Source: Tubulanus polymorphus
Taxonomy: Eukaryota > Animalia > Nemertea
Reading direction: 5' to 3'
Assembly (NCBI RefSeq): GCF_964204645.1
Contig: NC_134033.1
Coordinates: 10,548,655-10,612,654, forward strand
Length of the DNA stretch: 64,000 nucleotides
A program made the position numbers and the translations under genes. Below the pieces are notes generated by a model, which was given only the letters and a program-made list of their open reading frames with translations, was not told where the DNA came from and searched no databases. Numbering within the stretch: position 1 is the stretch's first letter; each line of letters opens with the position of its first letter. Positions 26,746 to 40,334 of the stretch are shown here, piece by piece.

Positions 26746-27339
26746 GTAGATTCCACTCTTCTCATTATTTTTACAGCTCATACAATTATCACCAGGTTAT
26801 TATCGAGTCACAGTCGGCGGTCACAATATGAATCATAGACAGAATCGATTCTTCACCCACCGGACGTGCGCACTGAGAAGTCACCACGCCGCCCGAGAGT
26901 TATCGGAAGACTTGTCTATCGATTGGTTCTCGTTGCTATCTCGAACGCAGCGGTCGGCGCTGACAGACGGCCTGAGCTCTTTCTCAGACAGCGGCGGGGA
27001 AACCTGCAGTAAAAAATAACTATAATCGACAAATGAAAATCTGTTACAAGAAAAGTATGGATTCTACACGTGTCCGCTTTTTATACGGTTTCGAGTCTTC
27101 ACCGTTGAGGATGTGACTTAAGTATTCGTCATTTGTTCCAAGGTTGTTGCTGCGTTTGACTGACAGCTACGTACGTTATGGCCCCGCCCATTTCCTTATT
27201 ACAGGATCCGGCACTGAAGTACGTATGACCAGTTGTAGTAATCAGTTCAGAATTGGTTAATTATCTACTTAGTTTACTAATCGAAAATTAACCAATAATT
27301 CATTCTAGAGCTAATTCCAACTAAAAACTGTATAAAAGG

Positions 27340-27622
27340 GCTCCCCACTTTATCTCCTCTGTCGCACACTCTCATTTCTCTCATCTCTCCTCTCTCTCCT
27401 TCTCACACTCTCACTTTCATTTCTCCATACTCCTCTCCTCTCTCCTGTCAGCTTTATTCACCCCTATCTCCCATCTCCAATCTTCTCTCTCTCCTCTGTC
27501 TCTACTCATTCCTCCCCTCTCTCCTATAGCCTCACTCTCTCCTCTTCTAGATCATATCTCTCCCCCTCACCTCTATCCCACTCTCTCTCTCTCTCCCCCT
27601 CTCCCTCTCCCTCTCCCTCTCT
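27340..27622. repeat. CT-rich low-complexity tract
   Basis: Polypyrimidine run. Confidence 0.85.
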
Positions 27623-29289
27623 TACGCTCAGTTCACAGTATTATAAATAGCTATCACGATTATTATTTTCATACAAAAACTCCATCGATTCGTGTATAAC
27701 GCGTTGAAGGGAAACTCGAGCGCGAAAACGGACGTAAACGATCGTTACATCTCTCGCGCCGGCGCGGTGTGCTGGAGAGAGACTGGACCGACCTGGGTTT
27801 AACGAGATAGAAAATTACTAGGTACAAACACGACGTATTGAATCAATTCAACCGAGAATGACTGACAGTGACTCCGTGAGTCATCGAGAGAGAGAGTCCT
27901 AGCTAACCACACACACCCAACCAACCAACCCTACACCGCGTACAGGTAGATTATTAATCACTTTATTGATTGATGATCGTCATTTTGTTTTATACAAAGA
28001 AAAATCATCGGATTTATGAAAGAATATGGCCGCCATTTTTTGTTATGAGCCTTACAACTGTCCGAGATACCAAGGTCGTGAACATCAGTACTATCGCTTC
28101 TGCATCGAACCCCTGTCCCATAAGGAATAACGGACTTATCGGAGCAAACTTATCTATTCTTTGTAAAAAATCTTTTTTTAAATCATTTTGAAAAAATCTT
28201 TCTCGATGTGTCTTGTCGTTTCAAATTCGTCGATCCCTCTCTGCGTCCTGTACACATGTGAAACAAATACACATACCTGGATAACGCATTGCTAAATTAA
28301 GTATTCAAAACTAATAGAAACTGAATCCGATATATGAAAAATCATGGCCGCCATTTTTCTGTTTTGTGATGGACGATCCTGACAGTCCGAGATTCCAAGG
28401 TCATCGTCTAACCCCACCTAGTCTCTGGATACACAATTGTTAAATCATGTTAACAAAAAACGCAAAGAAACCATACATGGGCCAAATAAATTGATATAAT
28501 TCCTGCTGAACTTAAAAGTTGACCGTGCGTACCATGTACATTACTTAACGGTACATTATAAGAACACGACCAAGCTATCCATAACATACCCGGCAGTTTA
28601 GAAATGAACTGACAACATGTGTTATTGCAGTTTACAAAATAACCTGGCTGATTAGGAGAAAGGTATCAGGTGCAGTTAAAATATCTAAATAGCATCACTC
28701 AATGAACGAGAGTTAATCACAACAAACCACAACCATTTATGTCGGCGCGTGAGGAGCTATTTAGAAAAAAATTGCCATCACTTCTGGACAGAGAGAATAA
28801 TCCATATAGTATTCTCCGTGCCCACGTGCTGCGACGCGTGACCTTGAGCTGATTTTTTTTCAGCAGTACGGTACGTCGTAGGGTCAATCGATACACACAA
28901 ACTACTTGTAAATTACCCGCTGCTGATACGTCTATACATCTGCGTAATAAATAACGAGACACACATACGCGCGTGTACGTATGACAATGTGTGTGTGTGT
29001 GTTTTCTGTTTGAGAATGCAGTTTATTAGTTTTCAGATGAATTTTTCATGAGTTCGAGTATTTTAAACGCATAATCCACCGTCGCGTTCACCGGCTTTAT
29101 CCCCTACTTACAAGTGGTGTTTGTCAATGTTACCGGTAAACATGTGCGAATAAAATATTTACAAATTAACCCCTAAAATCCATAATGTACTAGTTTTTAT
29201 TCAGCTCTAAAATCTAAGTCTTGCTGGTCACCAGATTTACAAGCCCCTTAAAGCCCTTTGTGCGCTACGGCTATCAAAAACGTCTGCCA

Positions 29290-29450
29290 AATCAGGTCCT
29301 GATGTCACCACACCTGACTGGTCGTCACCAGTCACCACACCTACGTAACTGGTTACCAGATACTACACCAAACTGGTCACCAGTCACCAAACCAGATCGG
29401 TCATCAGTGACCACACTGACCAGACAAATTTACACTCAGTCAGTCACTAC
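29290..29450. repeat. Degenerate ~20-bp repeat (CTGGTCACCAGTCACCACAC)
   Basis: Related units also at ~36945-37010, ~37675-37775 (rc) and ~55795-55840. Confidence 0.65.
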
Positions 29451-32400
29451 CGCTCGATGAAGTCTAGTGGTTAGCATGCTCGGTCGTCGCGCTGCAGGGC
29501 ATCTTCACCCGTCAAGGGATTCGAACCCACTACGCTAAAGCTGTTCCCCGAACCCCTTGACCTCACGAGTCGTTGGAGTCGTTACTAGCCGACCAGAATC
29601 CGGTCGTACCAATCACAGCGCTTGTAACAAACCGTCAGTAGACTTCTGTTGGTTTTCCCGTAAAATTGACCAATCAGCGAACGTTTTACCGAACAAGGAA
29701 GTATTTCGCAAATCGATATATGACGTCACGCGCAACAGCGCCAGTAATGAAATCACGCTTCGTGAGGCCAGGGGGCTGGTGGAAGCGAGTTCGGGAGTGA
29801 TACCGGAACCCTGGCAAGCGAGGATGGCTGCAGGGTCGAGTCCAGTTAGGTCTAGCGCAAGGGTTAGGGTTACGCCGAGCTATGGTTACTCCCGGCAATA
29901 CTTGGGGTTTGGGCCTTGCTTGTGAATTGTCCGTTTGATGGAAAATTGTGTCGTTTTTGGAACAGGGAATTAGCATTGAAAATTTCTTGCCTCGTGCATT
30001 AAGTATGCACTAATTTCTCCGTAAGTACACGGAAGACGTTGTAGGTTCGGTCCATTGTTCCGACACGTCTGCTGCGTGACCACTGCGGTCAGAGCGAGAT
30101 AAATCGTTGAATTATGGACATCGATAATTCCTCGCAAGCGTTCACGGTAAAATACCTGGACACAGCACGAAACACAACCGCGGTCATTTAATATTTACAT
30201 ACCGCACGCATCCTACTGATCATCCATCCCTCTGGACACACACATGCACACACAGTCAGTCCGCGGCTCGGCGACACTTCCCTGAACCGTCGCGTCTGCT
30301 GAATAAATTATAGAATTAAATGACTCTTACTTAGCAATTAATTCATCTACCAGATCGAGAGAGAGGGGACTAGTGTTAAATAATTCAGAATGTCATTATC
30401 AGCAGTAAATCGCTTAGGCAGTTAACTATCCACCGCATATACACATCCCTCTGTATATATGTGCAGTTTTAGGGGGGTTGTGGAGAAGAGGGTGCGCCCG
30501 TTTTCCAGAGCTGTTTATATTTTCATGTTGACTTAAAAGTTATAGTGGAACTTTATTAAAATACGAATACTTTGGGCAATAGAAAATCATTAGCGAAAAT
30601 TCGCAACATGCTGCAATCAAACTTACATTTCCCGCCAATTTACCTATCGATTCCTCGTGTTCCCTGTTTGACTTAGGGCTATTTATGTACACGATTCTGA
30701 TTGATGAAAATAAAGGGATAAAACGAAATAACACTTTTTTCAAAATTCATTTGTCGGTCGATTAACCTTCGGCACGACATTTAAAGCTTAACGTATCAAG
30801 GGCAGTTTCGTAACAGGCCCCCTCGTATCGACGATGTACCGCTGTATATGTGTTGTAGAACCCTGTTAGTCCAGTCGAAATGGGATTAGATATGGCTTTC
30901 GGGGATTGTCCGAAAATAGGATAGAGCGTAATGTTTGTGAGGATAATCCCAGTTTCGGAGCAGTCCCATTTCTGGGTGACCGCAAATGATACATTTTTCA
31001 GACCTTGACGTGGAGGATGTGACGTCACATGCTACGTGGGCCACTACCGTGAAAACGAAAACCCCATGCGCGACTACTCGAAGTGTTTTGATTTTAATAA
31101 TCTTGTAAAAAAGTGTAACGCAGGGCTGCAGTAGTGCACGGCGGCCGGTAGCGCGCGTTGAGGCGGTAGGTCGGTTTCGATCGGTCTGTGTCGAGTTTTA
31201 ATACGACACGGCAATCAATCTGTACTGTAAACAGTATATTTACACGGACTCGATAACAAGACTTAATTCAACAGAATATCACACCTGCGCCTAGCAATCC
31301 TAGTGTTACCGCAAACTGAAGTCATCAAGTGCGTGTACAAGTGCCCTACTATTTCAGCACCTCCCTACCCAGAGTAGAAAACCGTCTTGGATCCAGTTCC
31401 ACGATTCTGAGTTTTTGGGTGACTTTTAGTTAACGAGCAGAGAACCAATTGCTAGTTCCGAGCTCAGATTCAAGTCAGGAAAGTGAACTTATACTAGCTT
31501 TTAAGTCAAACTTATTTAGATCTATGGAAAAAATTGTCAGTTTTTTTTCTTTTGAGGGTGTTCCAAGGTCCCGTTTCATCACGAAATTTCAAAGTGTCCT
31601 CTGTCATAGCGTTTACCCCCAAAATCCAATACAATACTACAATATGAAAGTTTCCCAGTAAGTTCTCTGCGGCTCCAAATCCAAAAATTGTTGTCACGTG
31701 CTGTCTCGTGATGTTTTCCGAGCATTGCAATTCGTTGAAGGTCACCGAAATAAAATCGATAATATATGTCGGCATCGATTGGCAGAAAATCAATGAATTA
31801 ATAATTGAACAGCTTGTGTGACGAGTCGACATCTTGGGAACGGTTTGAATTTTTATCGACGGATTTTTTTCGAAACGATGATTGACAGCAAGAGCTACAG
31901 GTATCATCCAAATACTCGGGTTCTGATGGACGGGCGCAGTCGTTTTGTCAATTTGACTGAGATCGCGAATTCAAATTTCTCGAGTGTTGGGTAAAGTTTT
32001 ACCGGTTTGGGGGCGATTGTCTGCTGTTTGCCGAGGCGACTACCGTTTGTTTGTTCCCGAATTTATTTAGCATTAGCATACAAATTGCGTTCAGTTTGCC
32101 ACGACGTTTTCCTAACAAACAAATGCCTTTTAGGTTGAGCATATATTAGCAGTTGACTAGATTTCTCGGGTTCGGACTGTGCGAGGGTGTGATCGGGTGG
32201 ATAGTAAACAACTCAACGGAAGCCGTACCCATTATGCCGCTAATCAGAGACGAGATTTTGAGAATTCGTTCGATGTTTACTTTCGATTGTAGCACGAAAT
32301 TAAATACGCGACGATCTCGCGGATCGAGTTTATCCGTCTGTTGTCGACTGCGGTGATTACCGGTGTGAGTTTAATGGGAAGGCATCCTCCTCTCTCCATT

Positions 32401-33367
32401 ACAGTGTGTACGGATTAAAGTTCATATGATACCCCTATCCTCGACGACCGCCCCCCCCCATACCTTTTCCCTAAATCAGCATGAATTTAAGTACAGTAGT
32501 AGTAGCCAGAAAATAGAAAATGAAAATATCTTCATAAACACCAATTACTAAAATAGACTATTGCAGGTGTCAATCTGCTGCGTGGACCCTGCAGACCCCA
32601 CAGACATAAAAAAAAGATTGAATACATCTAAAGAAATTGAAAAAATTTGAATTTTGAACTACAACTCGAATGAAACACTTGGAAAATACGTGTCAGTTGT
32701 AGATGGAATAGAAGGTGCCTCCACACTATTTCACGAGATAAAATTCCGAAGAACCGCAAACTTTCGGCTGTTAACTAACATACGTATCATCAGGTGGGAT
32801 GGTGATAGATTAGTCAGGCCGCCGAAATGTACGTTTTCTATAACTATTGCAGCAGTGACATTTTAATAAATCTTCGAAATTCCATCTTAATTGTATATTG
32901 TATATACATATATTAGATATATTGTTGTAGCAGTAAAAACCTTAATTGGTCCGTGTTCAGTTTTACCGGTAACCAAACAGTGCTTAGACTGGTCTTAAAA
33001 GCTTTGACTGGTGAAACTAGCTCCAGGATGCTTGAAATGGGTGGTGTGGTCTTATACAAATAGAAATTGTCATCAGAGGTGCGGTGTTTATCTTTACGTG
33101 TCATTTCAACACTGGCCTCGTACTGTTAACCTATTGTTTTAACGGCTCTATAGACGCCCTATTACGCGAGTTTAACTATGGTGTTGTCAAGAACAAACGG
33201 AACGCGTTAACAATGGTTCACCACTTACGTTTGGGCGTCAAACCCGTGAATATTGAAACGATTTACAGTGGCCCTTTCTTCTTTGGGTTTATTTCTTTAA
33301 AAGACAAATAAAGTTTCAATGATTGAATTTTCAGATTTGTTTTAGAATCAAGATGTTTTTTAGACTC

Positions 33368-33698
33368 GGGCCCGTAGCCAGGGGGTGCCCTCCACGTAAG
33401 AAAAGGTCCGCAATTTTACCAATGAAAAAAATTGTCACAAGAAAAACTGTTCGATCTATTTGCTGCTTCTGCACCCGAGACGTAAGCGACTGCTAAGTGT
33501 CGTATTGTGAAATAATAATATGTCATTTCACATTTTATATTCAGTGTTTTGATATTTGTTTTCTGATCAGTGTACTATCATATATTGAAACCAAATGAGT
33601 ATGACTGCGCATAAAAAATCGGCTTGGCTTTATTGAAGAAAGGTCCACTTGTAGTTTACGTCGCATCCCTCCCTTGGAGAGCCCTGGCTTCGGGGCTG
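33368..33698. mobile_element. MITE ~330 bp (hAT-like GCCCGTAGCCAGGG TIR)
   Basis: GGGCCCGTAGCCAGGG ... CCCTGGCTTCGGGGC inverted ends. A second copy lies in the opposite orientation at 54938-55240. Confidence 0.65.
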
Positions 33699-34289
33699 AG
33701 ACTGTTCTTGAATCTAAACGCTTGTTTGTGCAACTGGTCCATAGTTAAAACCAACAAGTTAATTTCAAAGGTGAAAATATACATTTTCTTACGAAGTATG
33801 CAGGGGGCTATAAAAGAACGTATGCTTGCGTATAGGGGGAAGGGAGAGTTAGAAATCGGAATTTTATGCCTACGTAATAAACGAATGGTCCATACATAAG
33901 ATCTTAGATGATCAATGTTCTTTTAATCTCTTTTTTCAGGAATTTTCAGCATTGCACCACACACAGAATTCTGTCGTCTTCGCAAATGTGATATCGGTGC
34001 GTTTTAATATTTCATTATTTTGTGGAATCGAGCCAACAGATTTTTTATTTAAATTGATGAAATTTCATCGCACTAAAAGTCACTTGTATACATGTGTATA
34101 TAGACACTTAGTGTATGTGGTTCCGTTTTTATGTAATTTGTACAGGTAAAATATTGACAATGTGAAGTGTTTGACTGAAGCTCCATCCACTGTTCTATTT
34201 GCTCTTGAGAATAGCAAGGAAAGTGCGGGTGAGTTTGCCTGCTGCTTTTAAAGACGGTAAATATGAAATAAAATCGTGTTCAAACGTGT

Positions 34290-34630
34290 AAACCTGGTCA
34301 GCCATCAGATAGCCGCCCGGACCGATATAGTAAACCTGGTGAGCATATAGCCGGCCGCCCGGTGTGTGGCAGGGGATATAGTGAACCTAGTCAGTATAAT
34401 AGCAGATATGACCGGCCGCCCGGTATGCGGCAAGGGGATATAGTAAACCTTGCCAGTATAATATCAGATAGCCAGTCGCCCGGTGTGCGGCAAGGGGATA
34501 TAGTAAACCTTGTCAGTCTAATATCAGTTAGCCAGTCGCCCGGTGTGCGGCAAGGGGATATAGTAAACCTTGTCAGTATAATATCAGATAGCCGGCCGCC
34601 CGGTGTGCGGCAAGGAGATATCTGGTCAGT
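34290..34630. repeat. 60-bp tandem repeat, ~5.5 copies
   Basis: TAGTAAACCTTGTCAGTATAATATCAGATAGCC.G.CGCCCGGTGTGCGGCAAGGGGATA in register at 34381, 34441, 34501 and 34561. Confidence 0.95.
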
Positions 34631-36043
34631 ATGATCGGTATGACTCGTTGGATCACAAACTGGACGTCACGAGGTTCTTGTAGAAAATAGCAACCTGTCA
34701 ACCGAATTGAGACAACAAACCATTTCCACTATTTGTATTTGCAAAGCTTTATTACAATTGATACTGGAATCAAATGTAAAAACTAATTGAGTTGTTAACC
34801 TTTATTGCTTGCAATTACACCGGAATCCTTCTCTAACCGTGTGTATATATTTACCTATTGCTCAATGTGTTTTATTGGTCTCTGTAGGTCTGACTATTCA
34901 TGTGTGCTAACTTTTGGGAATGTTTATTTCTGACCAATCGACACGGAAACATTTTCCGCTAAAATAGAGAGAGATTATTGCGTAATATTGTACTGTACGC
35001 TATGTTTACGTTACTGGGTGACCAGTCCATAAGGTTGGGAGGAGAGTAAGCGCTGCATTGCGATAAGTCACATAACAGTGAGTGGGCTGCAGGATGTACC
35101 GTGGACCAAATTGTACAACCACCAAGCCATAAATCTAAGCTCCTCTTTTTCAATAATGTCTAATGATTGTTTGACCACTTATAATCACTCCTAGGATTAG
35201 TTCAATCAGGACTTAGACTTTAAGCCAATAATAAACCATCTTAGTCCTAAAGCGAATCCAAAAACCCAATACCAGTGTGTAAAACTTAAGACCACATTTG
35301 GACTTAAGTATTGACTATTAAACCGGACCCTGGGCTCAACTTTAAGACTAACGTTCTTCAGTATACCCTGTCGTGAACTTTAACCTTTCGCTCAAGTGCT
35401 GCGGACACGCCCTACACATGTGTGGCGAAATTTATCAAAACTTTCTCAAGGCTCAATTTATTCTCGTAGTGTAAAACGAGTTCTGTTATTGTGTAACTCC
35501 GTGATCGTGCGCGCAGTTTTTATCGGAATTTCCATTATGACTTCACAGTATTTTCGATTAAAGTTCATCGCACGTGACTACGTGACCTATCCGACGAGCG
35601 GCCGACAATCGATCGTTGTGCGAGTCGAACTCGAGAAACTTTTCGATATTCGTGAAAACTTTCTAAATTAATCGAATCAGTTTTAATACAATCTACTTTA
35701 TCGACTGTTAACCGCGCTTCACCGTGAGTTCAATAAACTCCACCCTGAATCGACGTTACCATTGTTCAAAATTTGACCTTAAACTTTTTGAGTTGATCAC
35801 TATCATAGACATCCATATATATTAAGGAATAAATGTTTAGTTTTTTTTAAACTACTATTGCACCTTTTAAAATCTTAGGTGTTTGATAAAACAGCAGCCA
35901 TCTTTTTCAGTAAAATCACAAATTGCTGGATTAAAACCTTCTCCGGTTTGTTTTTATATCGACGACAAAAATCGACCTGGGAATATTGCCCGTAATACCT
36001 GTCTGTACCGCGCTGGAAGTGATGGAAATATAATAATCGGATT

Positions 36044-36430
36044 GAGAGAGAGGGAGGGAGGGAGGGAGGGAGGGAGGGAGGGAGGGAGGGAGGGAGGGAG
36101 GGAGGGAGGGAGGGAGGGAGGGAGGGAGGGAGGGAGGGAGGGAGGGAGGGAGGGAGGGAGGGAGGGAGGGAGGGAGGGAGGGAGGGAGGGAGGGAGGGAG
36201 GGAGAGAGAGAGGGAGGGAGGGAGGAGACGATGAAAATTATATAAGACGCCTTCTATTTTCGGCTGAAAATCTTTTCTCCCTCCCTCCCTCCCTCCATCC
36301 CTCCCTCTCTCTCTCTCTCCCTCCCTCCCCTCCCCCTCTCTCCATCTCTCCCTCCCCCCTCTCCCTCTCCCTCTCTCCCTCTCCACTCTTTCCTCTCTCA
36401 TCTCTCAGTTCTTCTCTCTCCCTCCTCCCT
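36044..36430. repeat. (AGGG)~38 microsatellite followed, after a ~50-nt spacer, by a complementary (CCCT)-rich tract
   Basis: Direct reading; explains ORFs 35883-36245 and 35931-36401. Confidence 0.95.
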
Positions 36431-37014
36431 CGCTCGCTAGTCGCGGAGCTCAGTTCTCCTCTCTCCTCTCCATTCTCTATCCTTCCTCATCTCTCAGTTC
36501 CCTTCTCTCCCCCTCCCTCGCTCACTAGTCTCGGAGCTCAGTGCGGCGATAAAGCCGCTTAAAACACGCGCTAATATCAATGTAATCCAGCTCAGATAAA
36601 TTGAGCGCATCTCAGAATGAATTTCTCCATCAGTAAATTACCAGCAACGCGAAAGAAAGATTAGTTTCTACTCTCGACTTACTCCCAGTCTTCCGCGACC
36701 AAGGCTGCTTGTTTTAAATTAATTCCGTGTTTAAACACCACAGTTACACGGTATGGGTATTTATTGAACGTAATATTAGAACCAGTGAGAGGAGGGCGTT
36801 CTAGGGGTGGATTTATCTGTCGCTAGACAATCGTACCGTCGAACTTTGGGAGAAGTGAATATTTTATAAACTCTTGTAATCAGCGGATAATGATAGCGGG
36901 TATTGTTAAGGATAAGAGTCACCATACCTTACATGGTAAGTAACCAGTCCCCACAGCTGACATGTGAACCAGCCACCACACCTGACTCGTCTCCAGCCAC
37001 CACACCTGGGCGAG

Positions 37015-37250
37015 GATAGAGAAGAGAGAGAAGATAGAGGAGAGAGGAGAGGAGAGATTTGAGAGGAGAGAGACGAGAGAGGAAAGGAGCGAGGAGAAAG
37101 GAGAAACGAGCGAGGAAAGGAGAGAGGAGAAAGGAGAGGAGAGAGAGGAAAGGAGAGAGGAGAAAGGAGGGAAGAGAGACAGACAAAAGGAGAAAGGAGA
37201 GACGAGAGGAGAGAAGAGAGATGTGAGAGACGAGAGAGAAGAGAGTGTAC
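37015..37250. repeat. GA-rich low-complexity tract
   Basis: Polypurine run. Confidence 0.85.
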
Positions 37251-37674
37251 AGGAACGGAAGGGTCAATTTACCGTAATTATATTATGTAATGCTGATCAC
37301 ATATTGATTCGTACATACGCATACATACAGCAGGTTCCGTCCCTCTTCTAATCATGAAGCCATACAACGCACGCATGCGCAGTACGAGGGTGACTCAGTA
37401 CTGTTTGGGGGGGGGGGGGGTAGTAGGGACTTAATGAACGACGGGGTTGTATCGGGACAGTGAATACCCGGATGTCACACGAACTATAACTGAATTATCA
37501 CTTATCATAGCAGACAGATTTATTGAATTAGCGCAGAGCGTAGAGCGCAAGCCGCGGTGTGTACCGTACCGGGCCGCAGCGTATCCGTCTCACTGTGTCA
37601 AATAAATTGATATTTAAGTGAATTAAGAAACTGATTTGTCAAACTCGCATCTTACTCACGCATTGTTTACGCAT

Positions 37675-37775
37675 AGACTGGTCGCCGATGCATGTGACTG
37701 GGCGTCGGTAAGTGTGACTGGTCGCCGGTACGTGTGACTGGTTGTCGGTACGTGTGACTGGTCGCCGGTACGTGT
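37675..37775. repeat. 20-bp tandem repeat (TGTGACTGGTCGCCGGTACG) x5
   Basis: Direct reading. Confidence 0.9.
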
Positions 37776-39093
37776 GTTTGTACAGATATACCTGGCCTCT
37801 AGGAGCACATTAAATGTCCGTCTTATACACATCCAATTACCAGGCCCAGCTCTGAGACCAGTTGTGCACTCCGAAAGACTGGCCTTGAGTTTTAGAAGGG
37901 CTTTTGAGCGCCATGGTCTTAGACTGGTTTTTAAACCAAGCCAAGACTATGGAACTAGCCCCTGGGGTCTAATCGGTTTTAAATGAAAGCAGCTTCAATA
38001 TTGTCCCGCTACCGCTACTATATTACACCGTACGGTAGCGATTTATAAACAGGCTAATACCAGCCGGGATAAAATACTGCATAATAAATCCGTTTTATTC
38101 AATACGATACAAATTAATAACTAATCCTTTAATATTCGAGTTCTTTATATCTTCAGCTCAGGTCATCTCTCTTTCCTCGCTCCCTACCCCCTACCCCCTC
38201 GTTACGCCTTATCTATGTAAATAGATTGTCACGTGTCTGGTACAACGTGGTTCAATCCCAGACCTATCTCTTCTCTAATCTTCCCTCTTCCCTCTCCGCT
38301 CCGTCCTCTTTCTCCTCCCTCCCTTCATCCTCCCTCTCTCTCTCTCTCTCACTCATCTTTCCCTCTCTCGATTAATTAGCAAATATAGAAATACGACCCG
38401 ACTGCGACCACCGCGCGACATTTTTATACACAAACCCGATCTAATAACAATATATTGATTGCCCCGAGGATTAATCCATTTCTCTTGCTCGAGTCTGTGA
38501 TGAATAAATCTAGAAATAAATCCAGAGATACGTCGCATAACTGTGGATATTATAGTGTATGGTATAGCGATGTGAGTGGGAGAGGGGGAGGAGTGCGAGA
38601 GAGAGGGGTGGAGAGCAGGGAGAGAGGGGGCTGAGAGCGCGGAGGTGTGTGAGAAAGGGGTACGGGAGAGAGGGGCAGGGAGGGGGAGGAAGAGAGCAGA
38701 TAGTGATCAGAGGGGAAGGTCAGATTAACTGTGCGGGTACAGATTTCATGTAAATGAACCCATGAGTGTAACTATTACTGCCGCTGCTACTGATATCCGT
38801 CTGTCTGTCTGGTTTCTAATGAATATATTCATGAGGCCAATAGCTAGCAACACACGGTCGGTCGGGGTAAAGATATCACGATCAGAGACCGCCACCGAAT
38901 CAGTATACACTGCCTGCAAAACTGAACCACATAGATGAATATCTGATTTATGGACGTCACAGATAGAGGTTAGATAAATCCAACAGGGAGAGGGAAAGGG
39001 GGAGGGAGTCGGGTAGAGGGAGAGAGGTTGGGGAGGGAGGGGAAGGGAGGTAGAAGGGGGAGGGGAGAGGGGAGAGAGAGTGAGAGGAAGAGC

Positions 39094-39390
39094 GGTGCGG
39101 TGTGGCCGAGTGGTTAGAGCGTTCGGCTCTGGGAAGTGAGGTAGTGGGTTCGAACCCCGTACATTGCCGTAGTGTCCACGGGCAAGACACTTATCCTCAT
39201 TGCCTCTCCTCACCCAGGAGTAAATGGGTACCTGGCCCGAGCGCTTGTTAGCAGCTCGGTGTTACTTCTCCCCAGGGAGAGATGACTGATACATGATAGA
39301 GTATAAAATTGGCCGGGGTAATAATCCCTAAAATATAAAGCGCTCTGAGCAGCCTGGCTGGATTTAGCGCTATATAAGACACATGATGAT
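39094..39390 (+). mobile_element. tRNA-derived SINE, CORE-like central domain, L2-like 3' tail
   Basis: A box TGGCCGAGTGG and B box GGTTCGAACCC; CORE-like GTGTCCACGGGCAAGACACTTATCCTCATTGCCTCTCCTCACCCAGGAGTAAATGGGTACC; tail stem-loop AAAGCGCTCTGAG...TAGCGCTATATAA and short (TGA)n end. Confidence 0.85.
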
Positions 39391-39858
39391 AGAGTCTGTA
39401 GGTGTACAAAACGTCTCGTATTTATGATATTGAATTCTCGGTAATTTTAAGAGTACGGTATTCTATTAAAAAGGTTGAACGTGAAACTCGGGCGTCGAAG
39501 AAAAACAAACTTCTCAATTTTCCGTATATGTAATATTTTATTACGGAGTATCTCTCGCGGAGATGAGACCCGTGAAACGTGTGACTGCGCGAGCTCGAGC
39601 GACCTTCGCGTGATGACAATCAGAAACACCGGCCGTGACAGGTCCCAGCCTCACGGGACGTTACGACACAACGTCAACATCGATAACGTCATCGCCGTTA
39701 TTATCGACAACGTTTCGAACGTAATAATAGTCGATATGAATGTTTTTACGGTGTTGTTTCACGTACGACTGACGACGTTACACGGTGACCCGGAGTGCAA
39801 TCACGCCTGGTGACAATCACTATTTTAGAATATGTAATAAGATGAATTGAAAATGATA

Positions 39859-40037
39859 CAATCAACCCCCTATATACCGCCCACATCGGTGCAGAACGAT
39901 TTTTGCGGTATAGAGAGTATGGCGGTATATCGGGGGTGTATTACTATGTATTTGTATAGAGATGTACATTGTGAGAAATCCTCGCGCTAGGCGGGGGTAG
40001 TGCTATGTGGCAGGGCGGTATATCGGGGGGCTGACTA
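39859..40037. mobile_element. Tc1/mariner/pogo-type MITE (~180 bp)
   Basis: TA|CAATCAACCCCCTATATACCGCC ... GGCGGTATATCGGGGGGCTGACTA|TA; an internal extra copy GGCGGTATATCGGGGG is typical of this class. Confidence 0.75.
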
Positions 40038-40244
40038 TATTTCCAAAAATGATGAACTAATAGAAAAATGATTTTAATCCTGAACATAAAATCAAGAAGG
40101 AAATGGATACATCTTTAAAAGAAATATTAATAGGTGTTTTTCTACCTTCATTTGATTAAATTGATATCTTAAATTTCTTTCAAAAAATCAGAAATATATC
40201 AAGGCCTCATATTTCTCAAATTATTGAATATTTCTGTATTTCAG

Positions 40245-40301
40245 ATTGTTCGGTCCTTGTAACCTCATCTCACGAGAAAGACTTCCAATCTAGATATACT
40301 G
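40245..40301 (+). other. Candidate small internal exon (57 nt)
   Basis: Acceptor TATTTCTGTATTTCAG| and donor CTG|GTAATA. Symmetric; open in phase 1 (xCSVLVTSSHEKDFQSRYT). Confidence 0.4.
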
Positions 40302-40334
40302 GTAATATAAAATCTCTTACGATAATTTTGAGAA

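Noticed and set aside
29455-29535. A-box-like TCTAGTGGTTAGCATGC plus a reversed B box as a tRNA
   Set aside because: The boxes are on opposite strands and no cloverleaf forms; at most SINE debris.
39094-39170. SINE head as a functional tRNA
   Set aside because: No acceptor stem; it continues directly into the CORE-like body and LINE-like tail.
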